A DNA stretch of 64,000 nucleotides from Acidobacteriota bacterium (GTDB lineage Bacteria > Acidobacteriota > UBA890 > WLXD01), in contig CAXWPH010000006.1 of assembly GCA_963666055.2 (NCBI GenBank), positions 160,001 through 224,000 on the forward strand, written 5' to 3'. The position numbers and the translations under genes are program-made. The notes under the pieces are model-generated. The model had not been told where the DNA came from, did no database searches, and was given only the letters and a program-made list of their open reading frames with translations. Shown piece by piece: positions 30,335 through 39,965 of the stretch (position 1 is the stretch's first letter; each line of letters opens with the position of its first letter).

Positions 30335-31882
30335 CTATTCGGGTCGAATCTCGTCGAGGTCAGCGGTCATCAATACACCGGTCAGCTGCGTCATCGTGTG
30401 CGCCTGGTCCTCGAACAGATCCTTGTTCCAGCGCTCGATGCCGCTGGCCGTCGTCCAGTAGAGGCCGAGGAAGCCGCCGAGGCCGAAGCCGGGCAAGTCA
30501 AGACAGTCCGGGCAACGGCGGTGCATCCGCCCAGCAACCCCCCACCACCTCTGCTGCAGACCGCCGTTAATTCCGGGGCGCTCCGGCACCGCCACCTGCA
30601 CGCGTTCCCAACCGTGCTCCTTGGCGGCGGTGATCGCCGCGTCGATCAGCACCGGGTTGTTGCGCGTCCACAGGTACGACTGCTCGGCCAGCCCCACCGC
30701 CTCTACCCGGCCGTCCACCTCTCGGTAGTCCATCTCGCCCATATGCTCGATGTGCATGAGCGCCACCAGCGGCTCCTCGGCCTCCGGATGACGAGCGAGC
30801 CAGCTCACCTCGGCCGATGCACGCTCCGCTCCCGGGTAGTAGTGACGGCTGTCCAGGAAGATCGTCAGCGTCCGCGGGCGGTGCTCCTGGGGAATGTGGG
30901 AGAAGTACTTGACGATCGCCAGCAGCCCGAGCGCGCCGTTGTCCTGGGTGATCGACGGGCCGTCTGTGTGGTTGATGAGCAGGATCTGCTCGTCGTCGGG
31001 CGTGCCGTAGTCGCGGCCCGGCAGATAGGCAATCGTTTGGTAGGCTTCCGACTCTTCGACCGTGGCCTCTAACCGGAGCGTCGCGGTCTTCCCCGCTTTG
31101 GCGTCCTCGAGAACCTTGGCGCCGTCCTCGCGACTCAGGATCACCCCCGGAGACTCGTGCAGCGGCGGCACCCCGAATGTGTACAGCCCCTCGGTGCGCT
31201 CGAACGCCATGTCGTAGACAATCACGTGGCCCGCGGCGCCTCCGTCCACGGCGATCCGCCAAAGGCCCTGGCCCAGCTGCCACCAGATGTCGAAGGTGAT
31301 GGAAAACTCCGGCGGCACGAACTCGAACAGCTCCAGGTAGGTGTCGTCGTTGGCGCGCCACTCGTAGTCGTTGAACGTGAAGCTCCTGATATACCTCTCG
31401 TCGTAGGGCGGTTCCGGGTGTGGCCGGGTAGGGATCACCACGATCTTGCCGGCGATCGAATCCGGCGGGCTGTCGTGGTCGTAATAGACCATCTCGGCAG
31501 TGATGCCCTGCGGCCCGGTGTTGCCCGAGTTGGCCGCGTAATGCGCCACGCGCACCTGGGTGCCGTCCGATACCAACGACCAGTTCGTGTCGTCGAACGA
31601 GGTGTCCCAGCGATCGAACATCCAGCTGTTGTGGTACACGTCGACGGCGCCATACTCGACCAGCTTCTCTTCGAGAAACCCGACGTAGTTGTTCCACTCC
31701 GGGCTACCGTTCAACGCCGGCAGGTTATCGCTCCTCACCACCGCCCACTCATTGCCCTCGTCAGCGGTGACCGCCCAGGCCGGATCGATGTTGGTGAACT
31801 TGTCGGCGTGCGGGTTGGCGGTGCCGCCGCAGGCGGCAACCGCCAGCAGCAAGAAGATCACAGTCGCGACACTACGCTTCAT
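30335..31882 (-). CDS. Lipoprotein with M28 peptidase-like fold, tandem copy B
   Basis: MKR..VAAC lipobox; long blocks identical to copy A including C-terminus TADLDEIRPE. Confidence 0.7.
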   Translation of the reverse strand: MKRSVATVIFLLLAVAACGGTANPHADKFTNIDPAWAVTADEGNEWAVVRSDNLPALNGSPEWNNYVGFLEEKLVEYGAVDVYHNSWMFDRWDTSFDDTNWSLVSDGTQVRVAHYAANSGNTGPQGITAEMVYYDHDSPPDSIAGKIVVIPTRPHPEPPYDERYIRSFTFNDYEWRANDDTYLELFEFVPPEFSITFDIWWQLGQGLWRIAVDGGAAGHVIVYDMAFERTEGLYTFGVPPLHESPGVILSREDGAKVLEDAKAGKTATLRLEATVEESEAYQTIAYLPGRDYGTPDDEQILLINHTDGPSITQDNGALGLLAIVKYFSHIPQEHRPRTLTIFLDSRHYYPGAERASAEVSWLARHPEAEEPLVALMHIEHMGEMDYREVDGRVEAVGLAEQSYLWTRNNPVLIDAAITAAKEHGWERVQVAVPERPGINGGLQQRWWGVAGRMHRRCPDCLDLPGFGLGGFLGLYWTTASGIERWNKDLFEDQAHTMTQLTGVLMTADLDEIRPE

Positions 31883-31938
31883 GGCAGTTGTCTCTCCTTC
31901 CGCGGGCGGGCCCAGCAGGCGGCGCACACGGTCCTCTC

Positions 31939-33425
31939 TCAGGGTCGTTCGGCCGAGGCGGCAGGCATCGTAACACCGAGGTTGATCTGCAGCCCCGGAA
32001 GCGCATCGCGGAGGCGCTCGGCGCCCTCCGCCGTCACTGCCGTCTGCCAGAGATAGAGGGCACGAAGTCGGGGTAGCGAGGTGAGGTGCTGCAGGCCGTC
32101 GTCGGTCACCGAGGTGGCGTAGAGGTTGAGGTACTCCAGATAGGGCAGCTCGGCAAGATGGCTCAGGCCGGCATCGGTCACCGCCGTTCCTTCCAGGTGC
32201 AGTCGGGTCAGGTTGCTCAACCCCGCCAGGACCCTCAAGCCGGCGTCGTCGACTGGCGAATTACCCAGGTCGAGCCAGGCGACTTGCTCCGCCACTGGCT
32301 GCAGGGCCGCGGCCAGCTTCTCGCCGGTACACGCCTCGACGACGCAGCGTACCTCGAGAAAGGGCTCTTGCTCACCGAGCTCGTTCACCGCGGCACCGAG
32401 TGCTCGTAGCGCGACCGCCGCAGCGGCCGGCGGCGCGACATCGAGCGCGAAGATCCCGGTGCGGATCTCGTCGAGGCCGTAGCCGTCGAATATCGCCTGG
32501 ACGATCGGCGTAGTTTCCGCCTCGCTGAGCTTGGCGTCGAACGAGGCTCCGCCATCGATCCACCAGCGGATCAGCTCGGCCTGCGCGACGCTCGGCTGCG
32601 GACGGCCCTCGGGCGGCATGTGGTCGTCGTGCTCGATCGGCAACCACATGCGGCGGATGAGCTCGCTCGCTTCTGCCTTCCCCTCTACCAATACCTCGCC
32701 GTTCTGCCCACCCTCGAGGATGCCCTCAGGAGCGTCGAGCCGCAGGCCACCTCGCAGCTCGATGCCGTTGTGACAGGTCGCACAGCGTTCGGCAAGGACC
32801 GGTTCGATCACGAGTAAACGGTGGCTTCCTCGAGACTCTCGATCGATAGCTGCCCGATAGCCGCCTTGGGCGACAGCCCAGCGATCGTCCGCAAACCGTC
32901 GGGCATGTAGCGCGTCAGGTAGCCTTCGCCACGGGTCAGCTCGCCGCCCAGATGGCCGCCGACGACGACTCCGCAACAGGCCAGCGACAGGAGGAACAGG
33001 TAGCCGGGTGGCTCCGTCGCGTGCCGCAGGGCGCGTTTCTTGAGCACGTATGCGGTCACCGCGACGACAGCGATGCCGATTCCCAGACGCCGGTGCCAGA
33101 GCAATGTGCTGGCGACGTAGCCGCCGCTCTGCGCCAGATACAGACCTGCAACCGCCGCCAGGATGGCGCTCCAGGCACCGACCAGGAGAACGGCTGCCAC
33201 CGCATGACCACCGGCTCCGAACCGCGAACTGCGCAGGACGCCCTCGAGCAACGCCGCGATCAGCAGGAAGCCGATCGGCAGGTGCACGAGCGCCGGGTGG
33301 AATCGTCCGAGGAACAGCTCGACGTCCCCTTCCCGGCCCGGGGCCACGGTGACCGAAAGCACGAGCAGCAACAGCAATCCGGAAATCAGCGCCAGCTGTG
33401 ATGCCCCCCGCCGATCGGCGGTCAT
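31939..33425 (-). pseudogene. DUF2231 membrane domain - Planctomycete cytochrome c - LRR protein, frameshifted near 32812
   Basis: N-part GRFHPALVHLPIG..GGELTRG (ORF 32808-33425); C-part CATCH, HMPP, WI..GA and LRRs in another frame (ORF 31939-32976). Confidence 0.75.
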
Positions 33426-33453
33426 CCCGGCGCGCTCACGCCGTTCGCGCCGT

Positions 33454-34941
33454 TCACGCCAGAATCTCCCGCACCACCTTGCCGTGCACGTCGGTCAGGC
33501 GGAAGTCGCGTCCCTGGAATGGGTAGATGAGCTGTTCGTGGTCGAAGCCCAACAGGTGAAGGATCGTCGCCTGAAGGTCGTGGATGTGGACCCGCCCGCT
33601 AACGCCGCTATAGCCGATCTCGTCGGTCTCCCCGTGCGTCGTGCCCGCCTTCACCCCGCCGCCGGCCAGCCACATGGTGAAGACATCGCTGTGGTGATCG
33701 CGACCGATGTAGGGGTTGTCGGATCCGCTGCGATTCTCCAGCATCGGCGTGCGGCCGAACTCACCGCCCCAGACCACCAGCGTCTCGTCGAGCAGTCCCC
33801 GCTGCTTCAAGTCCTCGAGGAGTGCGGTCATCGGACGGTCGGTGGCCTTACAGCGACGGAGGAACCCTCCATTCAGCGCTTCGCTCTCGGCGGCGCCGTG
33901 CGCGTCCCACCCCCAGTCGAACAGCTGGACAAAACGCACGCCGCGCTCCACCAACCGGCGCGCTAACAGGCAGTTGTTGGCGAACGAGGTGACGCCGGGC
34001 TCGGCACCGTACATCTCCTTGATCGACTCCGGCTCCTTGCTGATATCCATCGCCTCCGGAACGGAGACTTGCATGCGGAAGGCGAGCTCGTACTGGGCGA
34101 TGCGCGTCAGGATCTCCGGATCACCGATCTCGGCGTACTGTCGCTCGTTGATGCGATTGATGGCGTCGATGGAACTACGCCGAACGTCGCGCGGCAGGCC
34201 AGCGGGATCCGCCACGAACAGCACCGGATCGCCGTGAGACCGGCACTGCACACCTTGATATACGGACGGCAAGAACCCGCTGCCATAGACGCTGGCACCC
34301 GCGTCGGGCGAAACCCCACCCGACAGCAGCACCACGAAACCGGGCAGGTCGGAGTTCTCGGTGCCCAGACCGTAGGTGACCCACGACCCCATGCTCGGTC
34401 GTCCGAGCCGCGCGCTGCCGGTATGGACCAGCAGCTGCGCCGGCGCGTGGTTGAACTCGTCGGTGTGCATCGCCTTGAGAAAGGCCACGTCGTCGACCAC
34501 CGAGGCGAAATGCGGCAGATGATTCGACACCCAGGCGCCGGAATCTCCGTGTTGCTGGAACGTGGCTTGAGGCCCGAGCATCTTCGGTATGCCGCGAATG
34601 AACGCGAACCGCTTGCCCTCGATCAGCGACGGCGGACACGGCTGACCGTCGAGCCGCGCCAGCTCGGGCTTGTAGTCGAACAGCTCGTGCTGGGAAGGTG
34701 CCCCCGCCATGTGCAGGAAGATGACCCGTTTGGCTTTCGGGGCGAAGTGTGGGGCGCGCTGCGCCAGCGGCTCGGCCAGGTCACGGAGCATCGGGCTGCG
34801 GGGGGCGTCGACCGCGGTCGCACGGCACCCGAACATCGAGGCCAGCACCACCCCGCCGAGCCCGTTCGACGTGCTTCTGAGGAAATGGCGGCGCGTCGTG
34901 TGCTCCAGGGCTCGACGACGAGCCGCCTCATGCACCTTCAT
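33454..34941 (-). CDS. DUF1501 family protein (Tat-exported)
   Basis: TRRHFL, AKRVIFLHMAGAPS, GRPSMGSW, NCLLARRLVERGVRFVQL, GEFGRTP, GRDHH, GRDFRLTDV. Confidence 0.93.
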   Translation of the reverse strand: MKVHEAARRRALEHTTRRHFLRSTSNGLGGVVLASMFGCRATAVDAPRSPMLRDLAEPLAQRAPHFAPKAKRVIFLHMAGAPSQHELFDYKPELARLDGQPCPPSLIEGKRFAFIRGIPKMLGPQATFQQHGDSGAWVSNHLPHFASVVDDVAFLKAMHTDEFNHAPAQLLVHTGSARLGRPSMGSWVTYGLGTENSDLPGFVVLLSGGVSPDAGASVYGSGFLPSVYQGVQCRSHGDPVLFVADPAGLPRDVRRSSIDAINRINERQYAEIGDPEILTRIAQYELAFRMQVSVPEAMDISKEPESIKEMYGAEPGVTSFANNCLLARRLVERGVRFVQLFDWGWDAHGAAESEALNGGFLRRCKATDRPMTALLEDLKQRGLLDETLVVWGGEFGRTPMLENRSGSDNPYIGRDHHSDVFTMWLAGGGVKAGTTHGETDEIGYSGVSGRVHIHDLQATILHLLGFDHEQLIYPFQGRDFRLTDVHGKVVREILA

Positions 34942-34951
34942 GGCAACTGCC

Positions 34952-37498
34952 TCATTCCTTCGCCAGGAAAGCGTCGAGGTTCAAGATCGCGTTGGCCGCG
35001 ACGGTGAGCGCGGCGTGCTCCGGCCCGGCGTCGGATCCGCTCATTGCGACGCGGTCGGCCACTGCGCCACCGTAGTGGCGCGCCGCTTCGTCGTACAGGC
35101 TCCGCAATGCGGACAGGGCACTGTGATCGGACTCCCTGCCGAGCGCCAGCCGAAAGCCGGTCGCGAGCCAGGCGTCAGGCCCACCCGCATCGGCCCCGGC
35201 TTCGTGCTGCTCGAGCATTCGGTGCGCGAGCGCCTGGGCCGCCTCGACGAACGCCGGGTCGTTGAGCGTTACCAGGGCCTGAAGCGGGGTGTTGGTGCGC
35301 ACCCGCCGCGACACGCAGAACTCGCGACTAGGGCTGTCGAAAGTAGTCATTGAGGGGTACGGGACCGACCGTCGCCAGTACGTATACAGCGCCCGCCGGT
35401 AGCGGTCGGGGCCCTCGGCGGTCTCCCACCTGGTGTCGTCGTACGGGGTTTGCCAAAGGCCCTCCGGCTGCGGTGGCATCACGCTGGGACCGTACATGGT
35501 GCCATCGAGTAGCCCGCTCACGGCGAGGACCTGGTCGCGAATCTGCTCGGCGGTGAGCCGAAACCTCGGGCCGCGCCCAAGCAAGCGGTTGCGCGGGTCG
35601 CGTAGCAATCCGTCCGCGCTGAAGACCGACGACTGCTGGTAGGTCGCCGAAGTCACAATCTGACGAAGCAACGATTTCACGCTCCACTCGTGCTCGTGGA
35701 CGAATTGCAGCGCCAGCCAATCCAGCAGCTGCGGATGTGACGGCGGCAATCCCTGCGTGCCGAAGTCCTCGGACGTCTCGACGATACCGATGCCGAACAG
35801 CTGTTCCCAGAACCGGTTGACGATCACCCTGGCAGTAAGCGGATTCGCCGGGTCGACGAGCCAGCGTGCCAGGCCGAGGCGATTGCGAGGGGCATCGTCG
35901 GGCATGGAAGGCATCGACGCCGGAACCCCCGCCGACACCTCGCCCGTGCGCAGCAGAAAGTTTCCGCGCTCGAACACGTGGGTGGTACGGCGGCGATCGC
36001 CCGGCACTTCTTGCATGATCGGCGTCAGCAGAGGTTCGAGTGCCCAGAGCTCCTCGTGGAGCGCGCTCCGGCGCTCCCGCAGCGCATTCAGCTCCGCATC
36101 CGGCGAGGCCTCGGCGAAGGCGAAGCGGATGAACGCCCGCTGGGCATCGTCGCGATCGGGCTCGGGAGTCCGAACGATGCGAAGAACCTCCAGCTTCCAG
36201 GTTTCTCCGATCGTGCCCGCAACCTCCGGATCGTCCAGCTGCGATTCCCAGTCGCGGCGCGCCACCTGCATGGCAGCGGTCGAGGCGATCGCCTCCATGG
36301 TCTCCTGCAGCTCACGTACCTGCCCTAGCAGCGCCTCGCCCTCGGTCTCCGTTTGCGGGCTGAACGTCGCCAGCGTCGGAGGTTCCTCCAGCCGTACTCC
36401 CGCTTGGTCCCAGCGCCCTTGGTCCCAGTCCGTGGTGTTGTTGAAGAACGCTAGGATGGAGTAGTACTCCTCGTGGCGAAACGGGTCGTAGGGATGCCCG
36501 TGACACTGTGTGCAACCGATGGTGGTGCCCTGCCACACTTCCCACGTGGTGTTCACCCGGTCGATGACGGCGGCGAGGCGGTGCTCCTCGTCGTCGGTGC
36601 CGCCCTCCAGATTGGTCATCGTGTTGCGATGAAACGCGGTGGCCACGCGCTGGCTCTCGCTCGAGTCCGGGAGCAAATCGCCCGCAAGTTGCTCCACGGT
36701 GAACTGATCGAACGGCAGGTCGCGGTTGAACGCCGCGATGACCCAGTCCCGGTAGCGCCAGATCGTGCGCCCACCGTCCTTCTCGTACCCGGTCGAGTCC
36801 GCGTAGCGCGCCAGGTCGAGCCACATCGCCGCCCAGCGCTCGCCGAAGCGCGGCGACTCGAGAAGGCGGTCGACGAATCGCTCATACGTCTCAGGCGAGC
36901 CATCGCGGCATACGCTCGCCAGCTCATCCGGCGCTGCCGGCAAGCCCACGAGATCCAGGCTGACGCGACGCAGTAGCGTACGGCAGTCGGCAGGTGGCGA
37001 CGGCGTCATCCCCTCCTCGTCCAGGCGCGCCGCCACGAAGCGATCGATCCCGTTGTGCGGCCAGGCATCATCCGACACCTCCGGAAGACCGGAATCGACC
37101 GGCGCCACGTACGCCCAGTGCGCCTCCCAACGCGCCCCCTGCTCGATCCAGCGCCGCAGCCGCGCCACCTCGTCGTCGCTGAGCGCAGCGCCCTCCTTGG
37201 GCATGCGTTGGTGAGGATCACGGTGCGTAACACGCCGCAGCAGCTCGCTGGCGCCCGGATCTCCCGGCACCACGGCAGACCTGCCGGACTCGGCGGGCCG
37301 CACCGCGTCGGCTCGGAAAAGCAGGCTCAGACCGGCTTGCTGTCGAACTCCACCGTGACAGGCTACGCAGCGCTCGTTGAAGATCGGACGGACGTCGCGA
37401 TTGAAGTCCACCTCGTCGCCGCTTGCCGAGCCCCACCCGAGCCAGACGACGCCCCCGACCATGGCGAGTGTGACTATCGGCAGCAGATTCCTGGGCAT
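34952..37498 (-). CDS. Planctomycete cytochrome c + DUF1549/DUF1553 (PSCyt2/PSD1) protein
   Basis: VDFNRDVRPIF..CVACH, WLDLARYADS, CTQCHGHPYDP, NPLTARVIVNRFW, PSHPQLLDWLA, TNTPLQAL. Confidence 0.93.
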   Translation of the reverse strand: MPRNLLPIVTLAMVGGVVWLGWGSASGDEVDFNRDVRPIFNERCVACHGGVRQQAGLSLLFRADAVRPAESGRSAVVPGDPGASELLRRVTHRDPHQRMPKEGAALSDDEVARLRRWIEQGARWEAHWAYVAPVDSGLPEVSDDAWPHNGIDRFVAARLDEEGMTPSPPADCRTLLRRVSLDLVGLPAAPDELASVCRDGSPETYERFVDRLLESPRFGERWAAMWLDLARYADSTGYEKDGGRTIWRYRDWVIAAFNRDLPFDQFTVEQLAGDLLPDSSESQRVATAFHRNTMTNLEGGTDDEEHRLAAVIDRVNTTWEVWQGTTIGCTQCHGHPYDPFRHEEYYSILAFFNNTTDWDQGRWDQAGVRLEEPPTLATFSPQTETEGEALLGQVRELQETMEAIASTAAMQVARRDWESQLDDPEVAGTIGETWKLEVLRIVRTPEPDRDDAQRAFIRFAFAEASPDAELNALRERRSALHEELWALEPLLTPIMQEVPGDRRRTTHVFERGNFLLRTGEVSAGVPASMPSMPDDAPRNRLGLARWLVDPANPLTARVIVNRFWEQLFGIGIVETSEDFGTQGLPPSHPQLLDWLALQFVHEHEWSVKSLLRQIVTSATYQQSSVFSADGLLRDPRNRLLGRGPRFRLTAEQIRDQVLAVSGLLDGTMYGPSVMPPQPEGLWQTPYDDTRWETAEGPDRYRRALYTYWRRSVPYPSMTTFDSPSREFCVSRRVRTNTPLQALVTLNDPAFVEAAQALAHRMLEQHEAGADAGGPDAWLATGFRLALGRESDHSALSALRSLYDEAARHYGGAVADRVAMSGSDAGPEHAALTVAANAILNLDAFLAKE

Positions 37499-37501
37499 CT
37501 G

Positions 37502-39502
37502 TCAGTGCTCGGCAATCATTGCCCGGGCCTGCTCGACGTATCGCTTGGCATCTTCCGCGAGCAGCAAGCGCTCCTGAACCAGCCTCAGCGCCGCCCCAGA
37601 CACCTGGTCGACGTAATCGTCGGCGCTCGAATAGCGTTCCTCGAGCGACAGACGCGGATCGCCGCCGGCGAGGCGCTCGGCTCTGGTGTGCGGCAGCGGG
37701 ATGGTGGATCCGATGACGCTGCACAGAGCGCCCTCGGCGTAGCCGGCACTGCGCAGGTTCCAGCCCAGGTAGGTCGCCATGGGCACCTCGATCGCCGGCA
37801 TGCGGATACCGGCAACATCGTGGCCGTCGCTGTCGACCGCCGGCACGAACGCCGGGTACGGGGCACCCTCGGTCGGAGGTTGCTTGGCGTAGTCGACAAC
37901 GTGCACTTGATTGACTTGGCCGTCGTAGCCAACGCCCGGAATCTGCGGATAACCGACCGCGGCCTGGCTGGGCGGAACGAGCGTTGCATCGGATCGTGAC
38001 GGGAAGCGGCTGTCCGGCGGCAGCGTGCCGTCGCTCACCCAGCGGTCGAGCGCCACCAGCAGGGCACGGGCCGGGCCGCCGCGGTGCAGCGGGTTGCTCG
38101 GCAGCTGACAATTCGCCACCGGTCCGGGCTGCACGCCGAACGAATTGGAGTGCGGTGTGCTGGAGATCAGGTAGGCACGCACGTTTTCCGGCAGCTCGAG
38201 CGGCTCGCCCGCGGTATCGGTGACGATCAGCGAGGAACGCCCCTGAAAGAACTCCGTCGATGAATCGACGTGCATCACCTTGGGGCAGTTGCCGGCCGCC
38301 TCGCAGCGCGCCAGGACGCCATCGCGCTTGCCGGTCACCGAATCGGTCAGCGTCGCGTAGGTGAACGGGAACTGATCGCCAGGCTGGAGATGGGACTCGT
38401 GCTGGCGGGAAAAGCGCCCCGGTTGCCCAAAGCGATGGTTGATGAAGGTCCGGCGCGCCCCTGCCACATCAGGAACCACGCCATCGAAGACGACCCGTCC
38501 AGCCTCATCCTCGTTGAACCCCTGATACAGCATGTCGCGCAGGAAGCGACCGCTTTGTGAGATTCCCAGGGCGTAGGCGCGCTCGATACCGGGAGCTCCG
38601 CCCGGCGCCAGCGGGTTGGCGTTGCCAGCGTCATCGGCGGCGGCATGACGTAGGAAGGCGACGACGTCCCGTACGGAGGCGAACGCCAGGCCGGAAACCA
38701 CCGCATCGCACGCCGTATAGATGAGCTCGTAGATGGCGCCAGCGTCAAAGCCCTCCGGGCGCTCAACCAGTATCTGCTTGGCGCTGGTGAAGAAGGTCCC
38801 CCCACGCGTCACCGGCAGGTACCGGAACGCTAGGCCTGGCGGCGTCTGCCGGATGTCGTGGGTGTGCTGACGTACCGTAAGCCGAGCGTCGGCGGGATCG
38901 AGGCGGGCTGACGGGTAGTTCAACGTCGCGACGGCGGGATTCCGATCGTGATCGAATATGAACTCCTCCCGGCTCAGGCCCTCGATCCCCGGTACGGCCG
39001 GCGCTTCCAGGAACATGCGCCCATCGCCGGGCGGGGCATCCGTCTGCCACCCGGACCAAACAACCGTGTAGCCCTGGCGCATCATGAAGCCGTTGCCAGC
39101 GTCGTCCGCCGTCGACGGATCGTTGACGCGCGGCGCGTCGTTCATCAGGCCGAGCCCGATCTTCCGGCCGCGATTGAGCACGTCGTAGAAGAGGCGCCCG
39201 TTGCCCCGCCCTAGCTCGATCGGCTTGAAGATGACCACGGTGGTGGCGTACTGCACTCGCCCGTCGGCATCTCGCGGGACCAGCGCCAAGTCGACGATCC
39301 CCGCGTTGTGCGGATCCTCCGGATCTACCGCCATCGTGACGCGCAGCGTTATTTTTTCGTAGCGCCCGACCGCGCCGAAAGAGCGCCCGTCGAAGGTCGG
39401 CGACTCGATCTCGGCTACCTCGACTCGGATCACCTCGCCTAAGGCGACGCTTGCCAGCAACAGAAAACTGACCTGCAAGGATGCTATTCGTTTCCATCGC
39501 AT
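37502..39502 (-). CDS. Secreted alpha/beta hydrolase domain protein
   Basis: Signal peptide, FGAVGRYE, VLNRG, GISQSGRFLR nucleophile elbow, DPRLSLEERY. Confidence 0.8.
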   Translation of the reverse strand: MRWKRIASLQVSFLLLASVALGEVIRVEVAEIESPTFDGRSFGAVGRYEKITLRVTMAVDPEDPHNAGIVDLALVPRDADGRVQYATTVVIFKPIELGRGNGRLFYDVLNRGRKIGLGLMNDAPRVNDPSTADDAGNGFMMRQGYTVVWSGWQTDAPPGDGRMFLEAPAVPGIEGLSREEFIFDHDRNPAVATLNYPSARLDPADARLTVRQHTHDIRQTPPGLAFRYLPVTRGGTFFTSAKQILVERPEGFDAGAIYELIYTACDAVVSGLAFASVRDVVAFLRHAAADDAGNANPLAPGGAPGIERAYALGISQSGRFLRDMLYQGFNEDEAGRVVFDGVVPDVAGARRTFINHRFGQPGRFSRQHESHLQPGDQFPFTYATLTDSVTGKRDGVLARCEAAGNCPKVMHVDSSTEFFQGRSSLIVTDTAGEPLELPENVRAYLISSTPHSNSFGVQPGPVANCQLPSNPLHRGGPARALLVALDRWVSDGTLPPDSRFPSRSDATLVPPSQAAVGYPQIPGVGYDGQVNQVHVVDYAKQPPTEGAPYPAFVPAVDSDGHDVAGIRMPAIEVPMATYLGWNLRSAGYAEGALCSVIGSTIPLPHTRAERLAGGDPRLSLEERYSSADDYVDQVSGAALRLVQERLLLAEDAKRYVEQARAMIAEH

Positions 39503-39634
39503 CGTTGACCTCGCGGGCGCACTCCCCGGAGCGCGCCTCTACCGACCGGCTTGTGGGCACCATCGACGAAGATTCTCAACGCCGAGATGCGTACAAGCAA
39601 CCGGTCGCCGGATACCAGCCGCCTAACGCAACGA

Positions 39635-39961
39635 TCAGGCGGGCAGATCCGGCAGATCGGACAGCACCGTCATGAACAGGTCGCGCGAGCGCCTGAGGGC
39701 TCGGGCACCCTCTGGCTCGAGGTGGAAAAAGCGCTTGGCGCGCCCTCCCCGTGCCGGGGTGGGCTCACCCTTGCGGGTGCCCACGTAGCCCTTGGCATCG
39801 AGCCGCCGCAGCGCCGCATAGACGTTGCCGATCGATACCGGACGGCCGGTGCGCTCCTCGATATCGCGCCGGATCTGCATGCCGTACGCATCATCGCCAA
39901 GGCGCACGAGGGTCGCCATCACCAGCAACTCGAACTCGCCCAGGTACTCGCCCTTGCCCAT
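39635..39961 (-). CDS. PadR family transcriptional regulator
   Basis: LGEFELLVM, AYG..I, SIGNVYAALRRL..KG, RGGRAKRFF. Confidence 0.9.
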   Translation of the reverse strand: MGKGEYLGEFELLVMATLVRLGDDAYGMQIRRDIEERTGRPVSIGNVYAALRRLDAKGYVGTRKGEPTPARGGRAKRFFHLEPEGARALRRSRDLFMTVLSDLPDLPA

Positions 39962-39965
39962 TCGA

